From: Octopus vulgaris
Taxonomy: Eukaryota
Length of the DNA: 64,000 bases
Reading direction: 5' to 3'
Assembly: GCA_951406725.2 (NCBI GenBank)
Contig: OX597816.1
Span: 54,312,001-54,376,000, forward strand
The position numbers were made by a program, and so were the translations under genes. The number at the start of each line of letters is the position of its first letter. Positions within the stretch are counted from its first letter, which is position 1. This document shows, in pieces, positions 15,544 to 29,937 of this stretch. A model generated the notes under the pieces. That model was given only the letters and a program-made list of their open reading frames with translations. It was not told the DNA's origin and did not search any database.

Positions 15544-15592
<49 letters not shown>

Positions 15593-15639
15593 CATATATA
15601 TATACACACATATATATATATATACACATATATACATAC

Positions 15640-15708
<69 letters not shown>

Positions 15709-15729
15709 TATATATACATATATATATAT

Positions 15730-16135
15730 GATAGGAGATGAGAATTTTATGGGACAGTATCACATAGAAAATCAACAGATTGTTAAAGATGGAGAAGAGA
15801 TGTTAAAAGTTAAAATTTTTTTTTTAATACATGCCTACGATCGTTTCGAGCATTAATATTAACATGTAAATAACATGGTATAATAATTAGAAATTAATTA
15901 AATTAAATTTGATTAATTAATTACATATTACTGTTCTCCTCAGTGCAGAAAAAAGAACGCATCAAAAAATTACTATTATTGTTACAGAAGGCTTGATGGA
16001 GGGAATAACAAGTAACATATTCGGATATACATATTTTATCTTTATGGAAGATCGTAAGCATAGTCAAACAAATTGTTGTTGAGTCTAGTTGTTGAAGAAC
16101 TAAAACTGAAGCGGCTAACACCTCTTTGGAACCCC
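15730..16135 (-). mobile_element. Degraded PLE 3' end (GIY-YIG C-terminal remnant plus terminus)
   Basis: ICLTMLTIFHKDKICISE loosely resembles CLLEKMHILFKDNNSLNQRSE of the 30-kb PLE. It is followed on the same strand by an HHR motif and then (TA)n. Confidence 0.5.
15832..15947 (-). ncRNA. Type-I hammerhead motif with long AU-rich stem-II insert
   Basis: UGCA-CUGAGGA-GAACA...(~80 nt)...UGCUC-GAAA-CGAUCG-UA|GGCA, with palindromic stem III ACGAUCGU. Confidence 0.6.
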
Positions 16136-17085
16136 CCTAAGTAAAGGATAAACTGAACTTTACGTTTTCAACACACACACACACACATACATGCACACAT
16201 ACACACACATATGCATGTATATTTATAGCGGGAAAGAAGTGTAACTTGATAACACGTACCATGCTTTCAGCAATTACTGTAGAGGCTTGTGTGATCACTA
16301 GCTGACATGGACATCGTTTCAACTCTCCTACACTTGAAGCCAATCGAACATCGAAGATGTGCTTACGAGGCTGGGGATGAGGGATCGTGTGAGACGCCTG
16401 TAACTGGTTTGTACTCTTCTTTCAACTGTGTAAAGTTGAGTAACGGGTAATGAAGAACCTTGCTCAAGGACACAAAGGGTTGTCCGGTCCACGGCTACTT
16501 TCACTATTATGTTACCCTCCCACACATTCTGCGTTGCTCAATAGAATGCCCATTGCTAATTGTTTCGGTTCATTGAGGTTTGAGTTCAAATCCCAGCAAA
16601 GTTAATGTCACCTTTTATCCTTTCGGGGTGGATAAATGAAGTATGAGTCGAGGGCGGCGGATTGGTGAAGTCTTGGCCAATCAGACGGGGTCACATTGAC
16701 AGACGCACAGACAGATCTATACACTAATCGAGGTCTCTCTTTGCTCTCTCTCTCTCTCTCCATACACATACACCCACGCGCAAACACACACGCACACACA
16801 CGCGCAAACATGTATCATCTACACACGCACACATATGTGTATGCGTGCATGTATGTATATAAATGCACACACACACACACACACACAGATGCACATACAC
16901 AGCAATGTGTAAGTAATTGTTATAATACGAAGAATACATAAATTAAAGAAGTCTGTTGAGGATTCAAATATTGAATATCCGCGGCTATCCAGGCAGGCAG
17001 TTGTCCGCATTTCCGTTACTCTGGGTCAAAGGTCGTTGACCTTGCATACTCATCACCATCGTCAACGCCGTCGTCACCGTCACCG

Positions 17086-17117
<32 letters not shown>

Positions 17118-17434
17118 GTCGCCGTCGTCGAAGTCGTCATTGTCGTCATCATCATCATCATCATCATTGTCGTCGTCATCGTCGTCGTCATAATCATCAT
17201 CATCATCATCATCATCATCAACTATATATATTTATGTGTGTGCATGTGTGCACATGTGTGTGTATGTGTGCGTGTGTGCTTTTTAACAGTTATATATATG
17301 TGTGTGTGTATATGTACGTATACATACATATATTATATATGTATATATATATTATATATACATACATATATATATATATATCAGCACAAACGCACATTTC
17401 ACATATTAACGTTTTTATGTACATATATGTATAT

Positions 17435-17475
<41 letters not shown>

Positions 17476-17586
17476 TATGACTACAAATGCACCCGTACAT
17501 ATACCAGAACCATGTGTGTATACGTATATAGATATCTAAAATATAAATACACACATGCGCACGCACGCGCACACGAACTCACACAC

Positions 17587-17638
<52 letters not shown>

Positions 17639-17658
17639 GTATATACATCTATACCCCC

Positions 17659-17701
<43 letters not shown>

Positions 17702-18151
17702 AATATTTATATTTATATACACATAAGTATATGCAGGCATACATATATATGCCGACTCGAGAACTGGCATACTCCCATATGTATTTGTGTGTGTGTGCGT
17801 GTGTGCGTGTGTGTGTGTGCGAGTGTACATGCTTAAATTACGTGTCGGAGGCGTCGTTTGCTATGAAGCGATAGATTGAACAGTGCAGAGAATGAAAAAG
17901 CAGTCACAGTGCGTATGTAGTGACTACTGTTCATCTATTGATCGTATCCCATCGTGTGTAGTAGTTTGTGCTGTTACTGTTAAGAGATATACCACAGCAT
18001 ACATCCACTACTAGCCCTCATCTCAGTCTTGTCTCGATATCACACATACGACAGAATTAAACCATCATATGCACACCAATTTCTATTCGAAAATGAGAAC
18101 ACTATTTCTGTTCCCAGAGGGTGTGTGTGCGTGCTTACAAATACATGCTTG

Positions 18152-18271
<120 letters not shown>

Positions 18272-18291
18272 CATATAATAGATAGATGTAA

Positions 18292-18345
<54 letters not shown>

Positions 18346-18354
18346 GTACATATA

Positions 18355-18405
<51 letters not shown>

Positions 18406-18608
18406 GCGCACACACAAACACGCACATAAACGTACATACATATGTGAAAGCACTTGTCTTAGTGCTTAGGGTAATCGGCTCACGATGCAAGTTCAAAATT
18501 TCGATTCTTGGTAGCTCGTTGTGTCCGTGAGCATGATTGGATTAACTGGAACACTCGATATCTTAACCGATGAAGCACCAGTTACACACACACACACACA
18601 CACACACG

Positions 18609-18674
<66 letters not shown>

Positions 18675-18910
18675 GTGCATTGATGAGATCCAAATGTTCT
18701 CCGTATAGAATACGCTTAGTAGTACTCAAGATATTTAAACTTGAGCAGGTATAAAAGTAGATGTAGGGGTAATCAAGATAGACAGGTGAATACATAAAGT
18801 ATAATAAATATATGAAACCCCTTAATAATGTATAAATACTTATAAAATCGTCCGATTTACCCAATATAAATGATATAGAGAATTAAAGGTGTTGAGGATC
18901 TGTGTTACAA

Positions 18911-19002
18911 ATCCAACAGCTGTTTCTGGGGTCTCAGTGGTCTATGATAATGTTTGCAGATTGATACCATCATAGGAAGAGACGAGCTTCTTCTTCAGGG
19001 AA
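18911..19002 (-). ncRNA. Type-I hammerhead motif with extended stem II
   Basis: UCC-CUGAAGA-...GUCUC..CUAUGAU....AUCAUAG..GAGAC..-GAAA-CAGCUG-UU|GGA, with palindromic stem III AACAGCUGUU. Confidence 0.6.
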
Positions 19003-19187
19003 GAGATCTTACATTTGAGATGTTAAAGGAAAGAAGTTTAAAGATGGAATGATCAAATGTGGAGAGCTAAGTGCATTCAAGGGGAGAATTTAAGAGGTAT
19101 TCAGATAGGGAGTAGTGAGAGGAGAAAATATAGTTCAGGACCATTGTTCTTAACATGTTTCTTAAATATATATGTATATATATATAT

Positions 19188-19355
19188 AGGGAGAGTTTAC
19201 GAAAAAAACAAAAGACGAAGACAGGTGGTGTACAAAACAAACAGATGTATTAGTATAACGCTCAGGAATAGAAAAAGTCTTTTACGTTTCGAGCCTACGC
19301 TCTTCTACAGAAAGGGAAACAGAAAAAACAAGGAGAGAAAAAAAGGAGAGTAAAA
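19188..19355 (-). mobile_element. Short (TA)n-associated repeat with HHR-like motif; copy 2
   Basis: Minus strand 19279-19314 reads CUUU-CUGUAGA-A-GAGC(GUAG)GCUC-GAAA-CG-UA|AAAG. Confidence 0.65.
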
Positions 19356-19507
19356 AATTTATGTAATATAAACATGGAAAAAAACAGGATCTAACTGAAA
19401 ATTACATGTGTTTCTGCGCCTGATACCAGCGTTCATTTGCTGAGTTTTCATTCATAAGCATACATTATGAGATTATTAACCAGACTGTATTGAACACACA
19501 CACACAC

Positions 19508-19555
<48 letters not shown>

Positions 19556-21624
19556 ACATACACACATACACACACACTGTCGATCGAACCACATCTCAGC
19601 CTTTTCCCAATTCTTGCATCCATCTATCCGATGTCTGGCCAATCCCATACTGACAAGTAAATTGAGACATAAATATGGCCACTGGACCATGTGCTGTGTA
19701 TATGATTTTTGTCTCAACTAGCGAGGTGTCTAACAATATTTAAACCCACACAGACACACTACCACCCACTAAAACAAAACAAAAAGCAATATTTAATTTG
19801 ATAACTAAAATCTTGCAATACCTCACAGAAGTCACATGACGGGATGTTAACAGGAAATACTGGATACGGTTGTGCTTTTAACTTTCATGTATAAATCGTT
19901 TACAACTAATATTAATCGCCATGAAATGTAACTATGAAATGGTGATTTGTTCTTATTGGAAGTAGATGTGATTGTACACTTCCTTTAGATATTGAGATAT
20001 GATATTAATTGATGTAGCTTTTATTCCTTAAAAGAAACTATTTAACACCGAGCCAATTGGGGGAAGCCTCGCTCTGATCACGGTTGCTAGAAATATCAAA
20101 CAAATCTCTCTCAAATCATGCTCTAATGTCGCACAAAAGAAACCGCACTTTAGATAACACGGACCTAGATGGCCCACGTCTGATGGAATGGTCATGGATA
20201 GAACTCATGATTTTAGGTTTACTAGATCAGTGTGACCAGTGGCTACACTACAACAACTGTTTAATATCTTATCGATTACAGCTATTCTGCCACTGAATGC
20301 CAATTTATTTTTATTATCAGACGGAGGCAATTATTGGTTAAAAAAAATATTTTCTTTCCTCGATGAAAACCTAATCCTTCTCCAGGCATTCAACGTTTCC
20401 AAACCTATTTACACTTCCATCAATTTTATTTGAGGTGGTTTAAACAAGATTTTATATAAAATTATTTTATTGCTTCAACTGAAACACAACTTTTACTTGA
20501 TTAGTTCATCCATGATAAATTTTAACCCCATTCTCATATCATTTTCTCTTGTAAACATCATCTGACAGAGAATCCGATAACAGTCAACCATTATCGACTC
20601 ATTTCTAAGGCCCTGGTGACTCGATCCTTTATAGGAATATCCTGATTCGATCATCCTCCTTGTCTGTCACCGTAGCAAGATTTTCTACACACACGGTCTG
20701 TTTCTTTATAGGCGTTAAGGACTTACTAGACGCAGGCCAATATTCCACCCACCAGCCCTTACAAAGTTTTTCTTTAACGATTTAAAGGTCTGTCAAAGTT
20801 TTAATTCCAGCCGTGACCCAAACTCAATATCTTTTAAAGTCTTCCTTACAACATTCTCTCCTTTAACTACGTCGCACTCACATTTAAGAAGTCCTTTTTA
20901 GAAAAGTGATGAAGTTCACTTTATTCATTGCTTGAAGAAATGTTTCAGTAGACCTAATTCAATACAGTGATGTGATAGAAATGTTTTACTGAGATCAAAT
21001 GACAAAGCAGATGGTATATTGCTCTTTCCTAGGGCGTTTATTGACTTTAATGGTGAGTCACGCTTGATAGATCGATTCATGACAACACGACTGTTCCACA
21101 AGGATAAAAAAAATACCCCAGCAGTTTACTTGCAGGTCCATTGATGATCGTGATATTGAGTGGCAACCACGTTGATCTCTAAAACGATGTGAAAGAGAAA
21201 ATAACCAAGGAGGCTGCATGTCATTACATTTACATTATGCGGTAGAACTATTTCTAAGAGTCTTATGAATGGGTGTAGAGGCGCCAGTCAAGGGTAACAC
21301 GAGTCTGAGACAAATGTCTATAACCATGGATGATGATCACATTATTATAATCTGTGAAAATGGTCACTTCGCTGTCTGAAAAGTCCGATGAAATAAACAA
21401 CTTTGTACCACCAAATTTTTAAAGAGCAATCGGAAGTGCATTGCGGTGGCACAAAATTTGTGTCGCGTCAACTGTCAGATAAAGAAAACAGAAGTGAGTC
21501 AGAAAATATTTAGGAAGTATTTGGTAGCAAAAACACGCTCAGAAAAATCTAGATGCACGATAGAGATGTCGGCGTGAAAGTACAGAAGCCATAGTAAAAA
21601 AGAAGGTCATAGTCCTATATATAT

Positions 21625-21781
21625 AGGCGCAGGAATGGCTTGCTAACCAGCCACATGGTTCCGGGTTCAGTCCCACTGCGTGGCATATTGGGCAAGTGTC
21701 TTCTGCTATAGCCCCGGGCCGACCAATGCCTTGTGAGTGGATTTGGTAGACGGTAACTGAAAGAAGCCTGTCGTATATATG

Positions 21782-21842
<61 letters not shown>

Positions 21843-22061
21843 ATGTGTGTGTGTGTGTGTATGTGTTTTTGTTTGTCCCCCTAGCATTGGTTGACAACCG
21901 ATGCTGGTGTGTTTATGTCCCCGTCACTTAGCGGTTCGGCAAAAGAGACCGATAGAATAAGTACTGGGCTTACAAAGAATAAGTCCCGGGGTCGATTTGC
22001 TCGACTAAAGGCGGTGCTCCAGCATGGCCGCAGTTAAATGACTGAAACAAGTAAAAGAGAA
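21625..22061 (+). mobile_element. tRNA-derived SINE, family A (internal (TA)n/(TG)n, tail GACTGAAACAAGTAAAAGAG)
   Basis: Near-identical to 45270-45680, with a small deletion in the head. Confidence 0.88.
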
Positions 22062-23344
22062 TATACACTCACACGCACACCCACACATATATATATATTT
22101 GTGTGTTCGTATGCATGACCAAGATAAGTATACTTGCCCCAAACTGTTTAAATATCTAGGTTATTAGGTACAGTTGGTGTTGAATGATATGGAGAGTGAG
22201 GTCTTGTTGTTAAGTTGTTGAGTTGTTGAACTTACAATAATACGGTCGTGAATTCGATTTCTAAACTGAGTGGCTTATTGAGTTCTTGACTTAGTCCCTC
22301 ATTTCATTCAGCTTATCCTATTCAGGCAGTTCTCTCTCACTTTAGCTATCACATCTCGGTTGTTCCTCTGGATGAAAGATGTGAAGGTGGTGAGTCTATG
22401 TCTGCTCGCGACTACATAGGCACTCGAAGCAGTTAGCGAAAAGATGGTGTATGTTACGGAATCAAACTGGTTCACCAGACTGGCTACGTCAGAAGAGGAG
22501 AAATGGCTGCCTTAATAGCCCATCAAGAATGGAAAAGATGAAGTTACTCTCGAACTGGAAACCTGGTCCTTACGCTTTGCGAGATAATGGACTATGCTAC
22601 AGGCCTCCAAGGTGCTGCTAGTTGTGTTCAACTTAGCAATAGATTAAATCCAGCCCCGCTAACACCTATAGTTGTCCATTGGTTAGGTTTCCACATGTCT
22701 CCATTTATCCAAGCAAGACTCTAGTCAACCTCAGGTCAAGGTATAGCACTGTTGGCCCAGCGTACAGTACAACCTGAGGCCATGATAAATGACCCTTACT
22801 CTTATAACAGGATAATTGCATCGAATGCTAGAGAGTTCTTTAAAGGCACCGACGTGTTTGTATACCATCAATATCTACTGTTTATTAATAAATTGTACAT
22901 GTTGATTTATCAACAGTGAGAATTGTTTCCCTGTCAGTGTTCGTTTGTCAATGTTGCCTATTGCTTATCCTATGTACCGCTTGTTTATTTTCACCTGATA
23001 TTAACTGTCTTTTTTTTAATCATTGGAACCTATTATTTGTTTATCTAGAATATTTATCTTTTCTTTTCCAATGTTGCCCATTGTTTATTGGTGATCTCTT
23101 GCTTACTTATTAGCGATATCTATTCTATGTTTAAACACTCCTATTTTTTTGTTCACCAATTTTATCTCTTCATAATTTACTAGTAGTGCCTTTAAATTAT
23201 TTAATGCTAATATTCAGTGTTTATTTATCCGTGGTATCTATTGTTTACTTTTTAACGGTGACTGTTGGGTCTATTAATTTTTATATCATTGTTTATATCA
23301 TTTGTGCCGCTTGTTGGATGCTTATCACTTGATTAACCTCTTCA

Positions 23345-23630
23345 CTATTACACGACTGCAATGAGGAAGACGCATATCCGACATTCAAAAACACGCAAAA
23401 ACTGTTAACTTCACTTAAATAGTTGTTATTTGATGTCAAAATTTCCGGCGCACCAACCACGACCTCTTCACGGACAAGATGACTCTGCAATGCAATCTTG
23501 TCAGTGACCAGTCGCAGTAGGTGCGATGAAAATTTTCACACATCAAATAACAGACATTTAAGTGACGTCAACAGTCTTTGTGAGTTTATGAATGGCTGAT
23601 ATGTGACTAGCTTGCTACAATCGTTTTACT
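23345..23630. repeat. Old imperfect inverted repeat, about 280 bp
   Basis: GACAAGAT/ATCTTGTC, CGCACC/GGTGCG, GTTATTTGATGT/ACATCAAATAAC, TCACTTAAAT/ATTTAAGTGA and ACTGTT/AACAGT pair symmetrically about ~23487. Confidence 0.7.
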
Positions 23631-24732
23631 TGCATCATAAGTTCTCAGATCGAATCACTTGCCTGAAATTTTCTTTATAAATTGTCCAGCTTGTTCGTTT
23701 TCTATCAATTAACCATTATATTGTTTGTACATCAAATGCCTATCCTATTTCTCTGGAAATATATGTTTTACTTGTTTGTCTGATGAAAGCTAATCTAGCT
23801 GAGTTCGTCCTTACTCCCAAACTCTCTCTCCTCATAAACATAACTTATTAACTTTTCACTTAAACATCGAATTTTTTTATTTTCAGTAAAAGAAATTAAA
23901 AACCAACAAACTTCTTTATTACTAAACATATATTATTATCGTTTGAACTCAGTAGGCATCCAAGTTTAACACACGAAAATGATATTCTTTGTTTCGTTCT
24001 TCTTTTTCATATTTATTTATCTTTAAAGTAATGTTGACGAAAAAATAAAATTAAAAGTTGTGAGGAACGAACTAGAAATAGACTTCCAGTTAAAAGTTAT
24101 TTCTAATAGTTCTTGTAAAAGTTTTATGTTTTAGTTTTACGAAGAATTGCTTGAAATAGCCGAATAAAGTTTCTAAAAGTTGGCCGAGAAGAACTTCCTG
24201 GTTGAGTGCAAACTAAGAATTACAAGTGAAAGAAAAAAGAACAGCAACAGCAAAAGACAACATTGGTAATGTAAGAGAGTAACAAAGTAGAATTAAAAGA
24301 TTTATTAAATGGATATTATAAAAGAGGGAGAAGTAAGCAGATGGATTGCGATGCCGCATTTTGGTACAAAATTATAGAATTGCAGAAGAGAATGAGGTTG
24401 TGTGATGTTGATGCCTTTCTGAAAAACTTTGTGCCATAAGTGAGATTAAATGGTTTTATCCAGTCATCTAACTCAAGCAAAAGCCTCTTTGTGTTCAGAT
24501 TTCTTCTGGAAGAAGCATCCAGAAAAGCAACGGCAACATTTGACTTTAATTTCAACTTCATCCGGAAGGATTCAAGAATGGTTAACCTTGGAGTCAGTTC
24601 ACTGATAATTAAATATAGAATGAAGAAATAGACAAGATTTTCTTCTGAGTTTACAGGGGATAATCTGATAAAAAAAATGTAGGTGTTGAAGGTTGTATCA
24701 TCTGTATTGGAGTGAGTACCATTAGAGAAGGG

Positions 24733-24789
<57 letters not shown>

Positions 24790-27700
24790 GCAGAGAGGGA
24801 GACCATTAAGTGCAGACTAAGCACAGCTTGACAGAAAATTGCCATTCAAGAGATGAAAGATGAATAAAACTTGTAGCTCAGCTAGGGTACCCTGATATCA
24901 GACATGCTTAAATGCTTAAAATATATCAAGTTCAACGACGATGCTTTTGCAAAATCCTTCAATTCTAGAGTGCAGGAACCAGGACCCAGTAAATCTATCT
25001 CTGCCGAAACTACGAAAGGAATGATTTTTTTTGTAGGTGTTGTCGGCCGAGTTGATGCGAGGATATTCTAGACCTTTGGAGTTTTGGTTGTTTGATGGAT
25101 GTGAAACGATATGTCTAAAAGGGTAGATTCGTTCCTTTAGATTTTACCTCCAATGGGTCGGGATGAAACAGTACATTTATTCGGGGTATTTGGCTTTAAA
25201 AGGTTGTTGGACCTTATACAGTTGTGTGAAAACGTTAAAGATGTACGCGACGAAGAAATAATTGCAGAAAATACGATAATATCAGGATTTCTAAATGGCC
25301 TTCCCAATATATATTCCAAGAAAGCAAATCGCCACCAAGCTGTTCTATCAAGGCTGAAGAACAGTGCCATAAACACGAGAGACACCCAAGGAAAACAATA
25401 AATGGAAAATAAAAACATAGAATATTCGGTGATTCAAGTAACAGAATGTCTACAAGAGTAAAACCAAGAGAAAAACACTTTGTGTCATCGATTTAAATAA
25501 CCCAATACTTTATTTACTTTCCTTATAAACTAAACTTATAGATTTACAGAAACAACATTTTGATGCTCTTAAAATTTCTCTTTAATACTTCTCACTTGTT
25601 TTCTAGGCCTCTATTCAGATGTTATTATTTTTTAAGCAATTTTCTAAGATCACTAAGTACACCTGTCAAACATTTTAAAATGTTGACCTTACAACGCTGC
25701 AACTCTTCCTTTATCTCCTCAACATAGCATTATATATTCCCTGGTTTTTAATTTTCGATATTACTGTTTTTTTTTTATTTTCAATAATACTTTGGAGTTT
25801 TGTAAAGATCAGTAGAGCAAAATTTCAATTCCTGGTAAAAGAAAATTCGGAAATGGATTCCACTCCTTAATGGTTGTGTAAAAACACTTCATAATTTCGC
25901 ATTTCAAAGAAGAATACGAATTTTTCTGAAAAAAAAAAGAAAAAATGTAAAGTTCAAAACCGACTTACGTTACGTTTTAAAAGATGCCAAGCAAAATTTT
26001 TCCTGGCGACTCATCAATAAACTTAATCTTCAGCTGTTTCCTCCTTTTCTTTCCTCTGTTGCTACTACATCATTGTCTTTCAATTGCCAAATAGACCAGC
26101 TAGACACTCCTCACGAAATCTTTTGAATGTTTACTCCACATCTCAATACCCTGTCCTATCTAAACCCCAAACCACATAGTTTCTCAACTATTCAATCTTA
26201 CAACTACAACAATAACTACACAAATCTCACATGTGAAGGATGGGGAAATTTACGGGCATCGGATAGGCACATCACTTCTCACCCTCGGTCGAAACTGTAA
26301 ACTTAATTATAAACAGAATTGTTGGAGCAAAATCTCAAATACAATTGTCTCCCCCTCGCCTCCCATTCACGTCACATTACATTCTTGGTTTTGAAATTTT
26401 ATGTTTGTTCAATTCAATGAATAATTCTGAAAGTTGTGATGTTCATTATTGTTCTTCGAACCATTTTGGCACTTGTAAAATGGCAATATTTTCTTTAGAG
26501 AGAATAGAAAATGTTGCGTTGATGAGTTTTTGCATCTCAGGGTTTGTAAGCTATGGTGGAAGAGGGGAATAAATTCGAATCCCTAGTTGCTTCAGTAAGG
26601 GCGAAGAATGGCATTCAGCTATGTTGGAGGTTTATCATAAGACTAAAGACATTGGTATTAAGGCTAGGGTAGGCTAACCCCTCTTGACTAAATACAACAA
26701 AGTACCAGGTGAAGATAACAGGGTAGGCCAGGGCAAGTCAAGTTACATCCCTCACTGCTGTTTAGAACAATATTTATTTTTGAGTGAAAAGAATATGGCC
26801 ATGTTATAGGTCATGGAAAATGAGGAGGGAGTGGCTAAGGCTTGTCTGAAAAACATAAAAGCGGTGGGTGGGGTAGGAGGGTATGGTTAGGGGTGTGAAG
26901 TGGAATTGATTTCATTTGAAAGTGAAACAGTTTGAAGGTAACAACTGGTGTCAAAACTTAAATTTATTCTATGACAGACACACCATGATTAAATATATAA
27001 ATTATGTTAATTTATTCATTGGTCCATGGATCCATTATAAAAACATTCAGATCGTTAATCATAATGTGATCATTATAATAACATCAGGAAATGACGTCTC
27101 CTCTCCCGCCGCCGACCCATGGCCTCTCTGCTTCTTTCCTTTCTCCACCGACCACTCATTTCATGTCTAGCCGACATTATCTCACTCACTGATCGTCATC
27201 ATTAGAATTAATATCACCATTAATTTCATTGTTTGTCTTTCTTCACATCAACAACAATTACTGCATGTATAATGCTAATACAATATATACACTGGCCTAA
27301 ACACGAGTTATTCTCTCATTCTCTGTCTCTTCATATACAGACACCCACACACGCACACACACACACACGCGCACACAGGCACACACAGACACACATACAC
27401 ACATACATACACACTACTCCCACACAGCAAGAGATTGTATACTGATACAGTTATCAGCAAACTCGATATGTAACTGCATCTTCCAATATTCAAGATTTCC
27501 ATTGTGCTCCTGTATCAATTATAGAATTTATATTCCACAATGGTATAATATTTCATGCTCCCTCACCATATGTGTGTATGTGTGTGTGTGTGTATGTGTG
27601 TGTGTGCGCGTATGCATACAACCACTCTTACCTTAGAGTTTTCTCCTCTCCATAAAACATTTTATCGATTCCACTCTTCAAGGGTCTGGCAATTTCTCCT

Positions 27701-27867
27701 TTATAGTACCCTCCTTTTTGAGATGTTAGCTCTTTCATTCAGATTTTTAGATGGTCCTTTGTTCTGAAATTTAAGGGCTAAACTCGCAGTTATTCCTTCA
27801 TAACACCTTTGCAAATATAAGCTATTTCTTTATGTTTTTGACAATTCCTACGCTGGTGGAGGGGAAC

Positions 27868-28028
27868 TCTTTTACTCTTTTACTTGTTTCAGTCATTTGA
27901 CTGCGGCCATGCTGGAAAACCGCCTTTAATCGAGCAACTCGACCCCGGGACTTATTCTTTTTGTAAGCCCAGTACTTATTCTATCGGTCTCTTTTGCCGA
28001 ACCGCTAAGTAACGGGGACATAAACACA
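27868..28028 (-). mobile_element. Family A SINE, 3' part (host of the PLE insertion)
   Basis: Reverse complement of the family A tail. The rest of this SINE lies at 32143-32410. Confidence 0.85.
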
Positions 28029-28042
28029 TAAAGAAGCTCGTC

Positions 28043-28074
<32 letters not shown>

Positions 28075-28101
28075 TTTATTTTAAGCAGCAGAAAATTCAA
28101 C

Positions 28102-28149
28102 AAAATCTGTTACTCTGAGTTTCTCGTTGCCGTTCATCAGACAGTTTTT
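28102..28149 (-). ncRNA. Type-I hammerhead motif in PLE terminus (left arm)
   Basis: Reverse complement of 31939-31986. Confidence 0.7.
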
Positions 28150-29152
28150 GCTAGAATGGAACATATATATTAATTCAATCTATACTCTTACAAACGCTAC
28201 ACCTTTAAAAAGAAATGGACTTGTTTGATTGGCCCTTTAGAAAAAACGGTCAATCTTCGAGCGATAAACAAAAAGGTCAAAAATATATGTATATATATAT
28301 AAAAAACTTATAAAAATTATAAAATCCGAGGAAAAAACCGAGGAAAAAACCTATTGCCGTTAATGAAGACAGTACAAATTAATGCATAGAAATTAAACCT
28401 GTTATAAATACTGCAATACATATTTATATTAAAATCCACATATATATATCAACATACACAAAAGGATGCGCGTAAACGCCATACATACATATACAGACGT
28501 ATGAATATGAATCTAAATTATACACATAAAAGCATGTGTACATATATTCACGCAAACCGTCTCGCACGCAAGCTAAAATTCATCTATGTAGCAATTCTCA
28601 TATACTGAGCAAGGAGGGGGAACGAAAGAAAGGGAAAGAGAGAAAAAAGAAATGAAGGAGGGGTGGGGAAAACTTGTAGCGATATTATTGGCATTTATAG
28701 AGGCCAGTATACATACACAAGTTTGAATTGATACATATACATACCGTCGTGTGTATGCGTGCTTACGCACAAGCATACTTTCACTTACACATACACAGAT
28801 ACGCATGCTTACAAATATATATGCTTTGCTATATACAAACTTATATAAACATTCTAAATTTGACAACATTGCTTTTTTTAAAAAAAACATTGCTTTTAAA
28901 AAATGGGTGCATTAATAAAAATATATACGAAAGACATATAAAATAAAATATAACATCCTATTTTGGGTCATTTATAAATAATCAAGGTAATATAAATAAT
29001 CAAGGTAATCTTATGCAATACAATAACATGAAAACAAAGTTTGTAGGTTTTTCCTAATATATATGTAGAAACAATAAGACTTTGCTATATGTCCGTCGTA
29101 TCGCTCAAGAGTCAAAATCAAAATCAAAAAATCAAAATACAAAATATATACT

Positions 29153-29935
29153 CTATCCATATGGTATATTTATATTCGACATTTTAAATTTAGCCTTGTG
29201 CCTACATAAGTTCATTAATTCACTTCTTTGATTCAAAGAATTATTGTCTTTGAATAATATGTGCATTTTTTCTAATAAGCAGAGCCTGCACTTGAAATTA
29301 TATTTGTAAGCTCCATGCCTGTATGGTGCCGCCCTGTCCAGAATGCTCCATGTCACGTTGAAAGGTGGGGCTTCCTTTTCTTTTAGTTCCCAGACATATT
29401 TTGCTAGGCTGGTTTTCTTTCTGTTCTCTGGGTATTTAAAAGAATTCTTATGAGAATAAAATCTTGTTTTAAATGAATTTTCTGAAGCCCCTGTGTATGT
29501 CTTGTATTCCGATGAGCCTTCCACTTGCACCTTGGCTCTATAAACTACTCCTTTCACTAGACATTTCCCTTCTAACGGACAGGAGCTTTCGTTTTTGAAA
29601 TTACATTTCTTAATGGGCTCGGCACCATGTCTAATCTCAATTAGCTTCCTATTATGTTGGCTAATGTAAGAGGCGAAATTTCTGCAACAAGAATAGCTAA
29701 CCTTCAGGGTTCTTCTATTAAATATTCTGTAGAATTTATGACCCTGCCTAAAATGCTTAGAGACTAATCTCAAAAATTCTTTACCTATATTAGTCTTTAC
29801 GGCCAAATTGAAAGCCGGGTTGAACCACAAAACTTTCCTGGTCCTAGTTCTTCGTGCAGCATTATTATTAGCATTAAGCTGGTTGAACTGGATCTTCTCC
29901 GAGAATCCACTATTCTTTAATGCGCTATCGTAATA
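29153..29935 (-). CDS. PLE linker plus GIY-YIG endonuclease (inverted, more truncated copy)
   Basis: Same protein as 30154-30936 except CNC becomes CNF. Confidence 0.9.
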   Translation of the reverse strand, partial: YYDSALKNSGFSEKIQFNQLNANNNAARRTRTRKVLWFNPAFNLAVKTNIGKEFLRLVSKHFRQGHKFYRIFNRRTLKVSYSCCRNFASYISQHNRKLIEIRHGAEPIKKCNFKNESSCPLEGKCLVKGVVYRAKVQVEGSSEYKTYTGASENSFKTRFYSHKNSFKYPENRKKTSLAKYVWELKEKEAPPFNVTWSILDRAAPYRHGAYKYNFKCRLCLLEKMHILFKDNNSLNQRSELMNLCRHKAKFKMSNINIPYG

Positions 29936-29937
29936 AG

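Larger units (their letters stand above)
15148..15548. mobile_element. Fold-back (inverted duplication) of a PLE-type 3' terminus in TA repeats
   Basis: Arms 15148-15334 and 15360-15548 are near-perfect reverse complements with a 25-nt spacer. TA runs lie on both sides and each arm carries an HHR motif. Confidence 0.85.

Noticed and set aside
23772-23812. CTGATGA-A-AGCTA(ATC)TAGCT hammerhead candidate
   Set aside because: GAAA is replaced by GAGT and there is no stem I. At most a very decayed remnant.
29920-29937. ATG start of the 338-aa ORF
   Set aside because: It comes from the inverted left arm across the junction and is not the element's native start.
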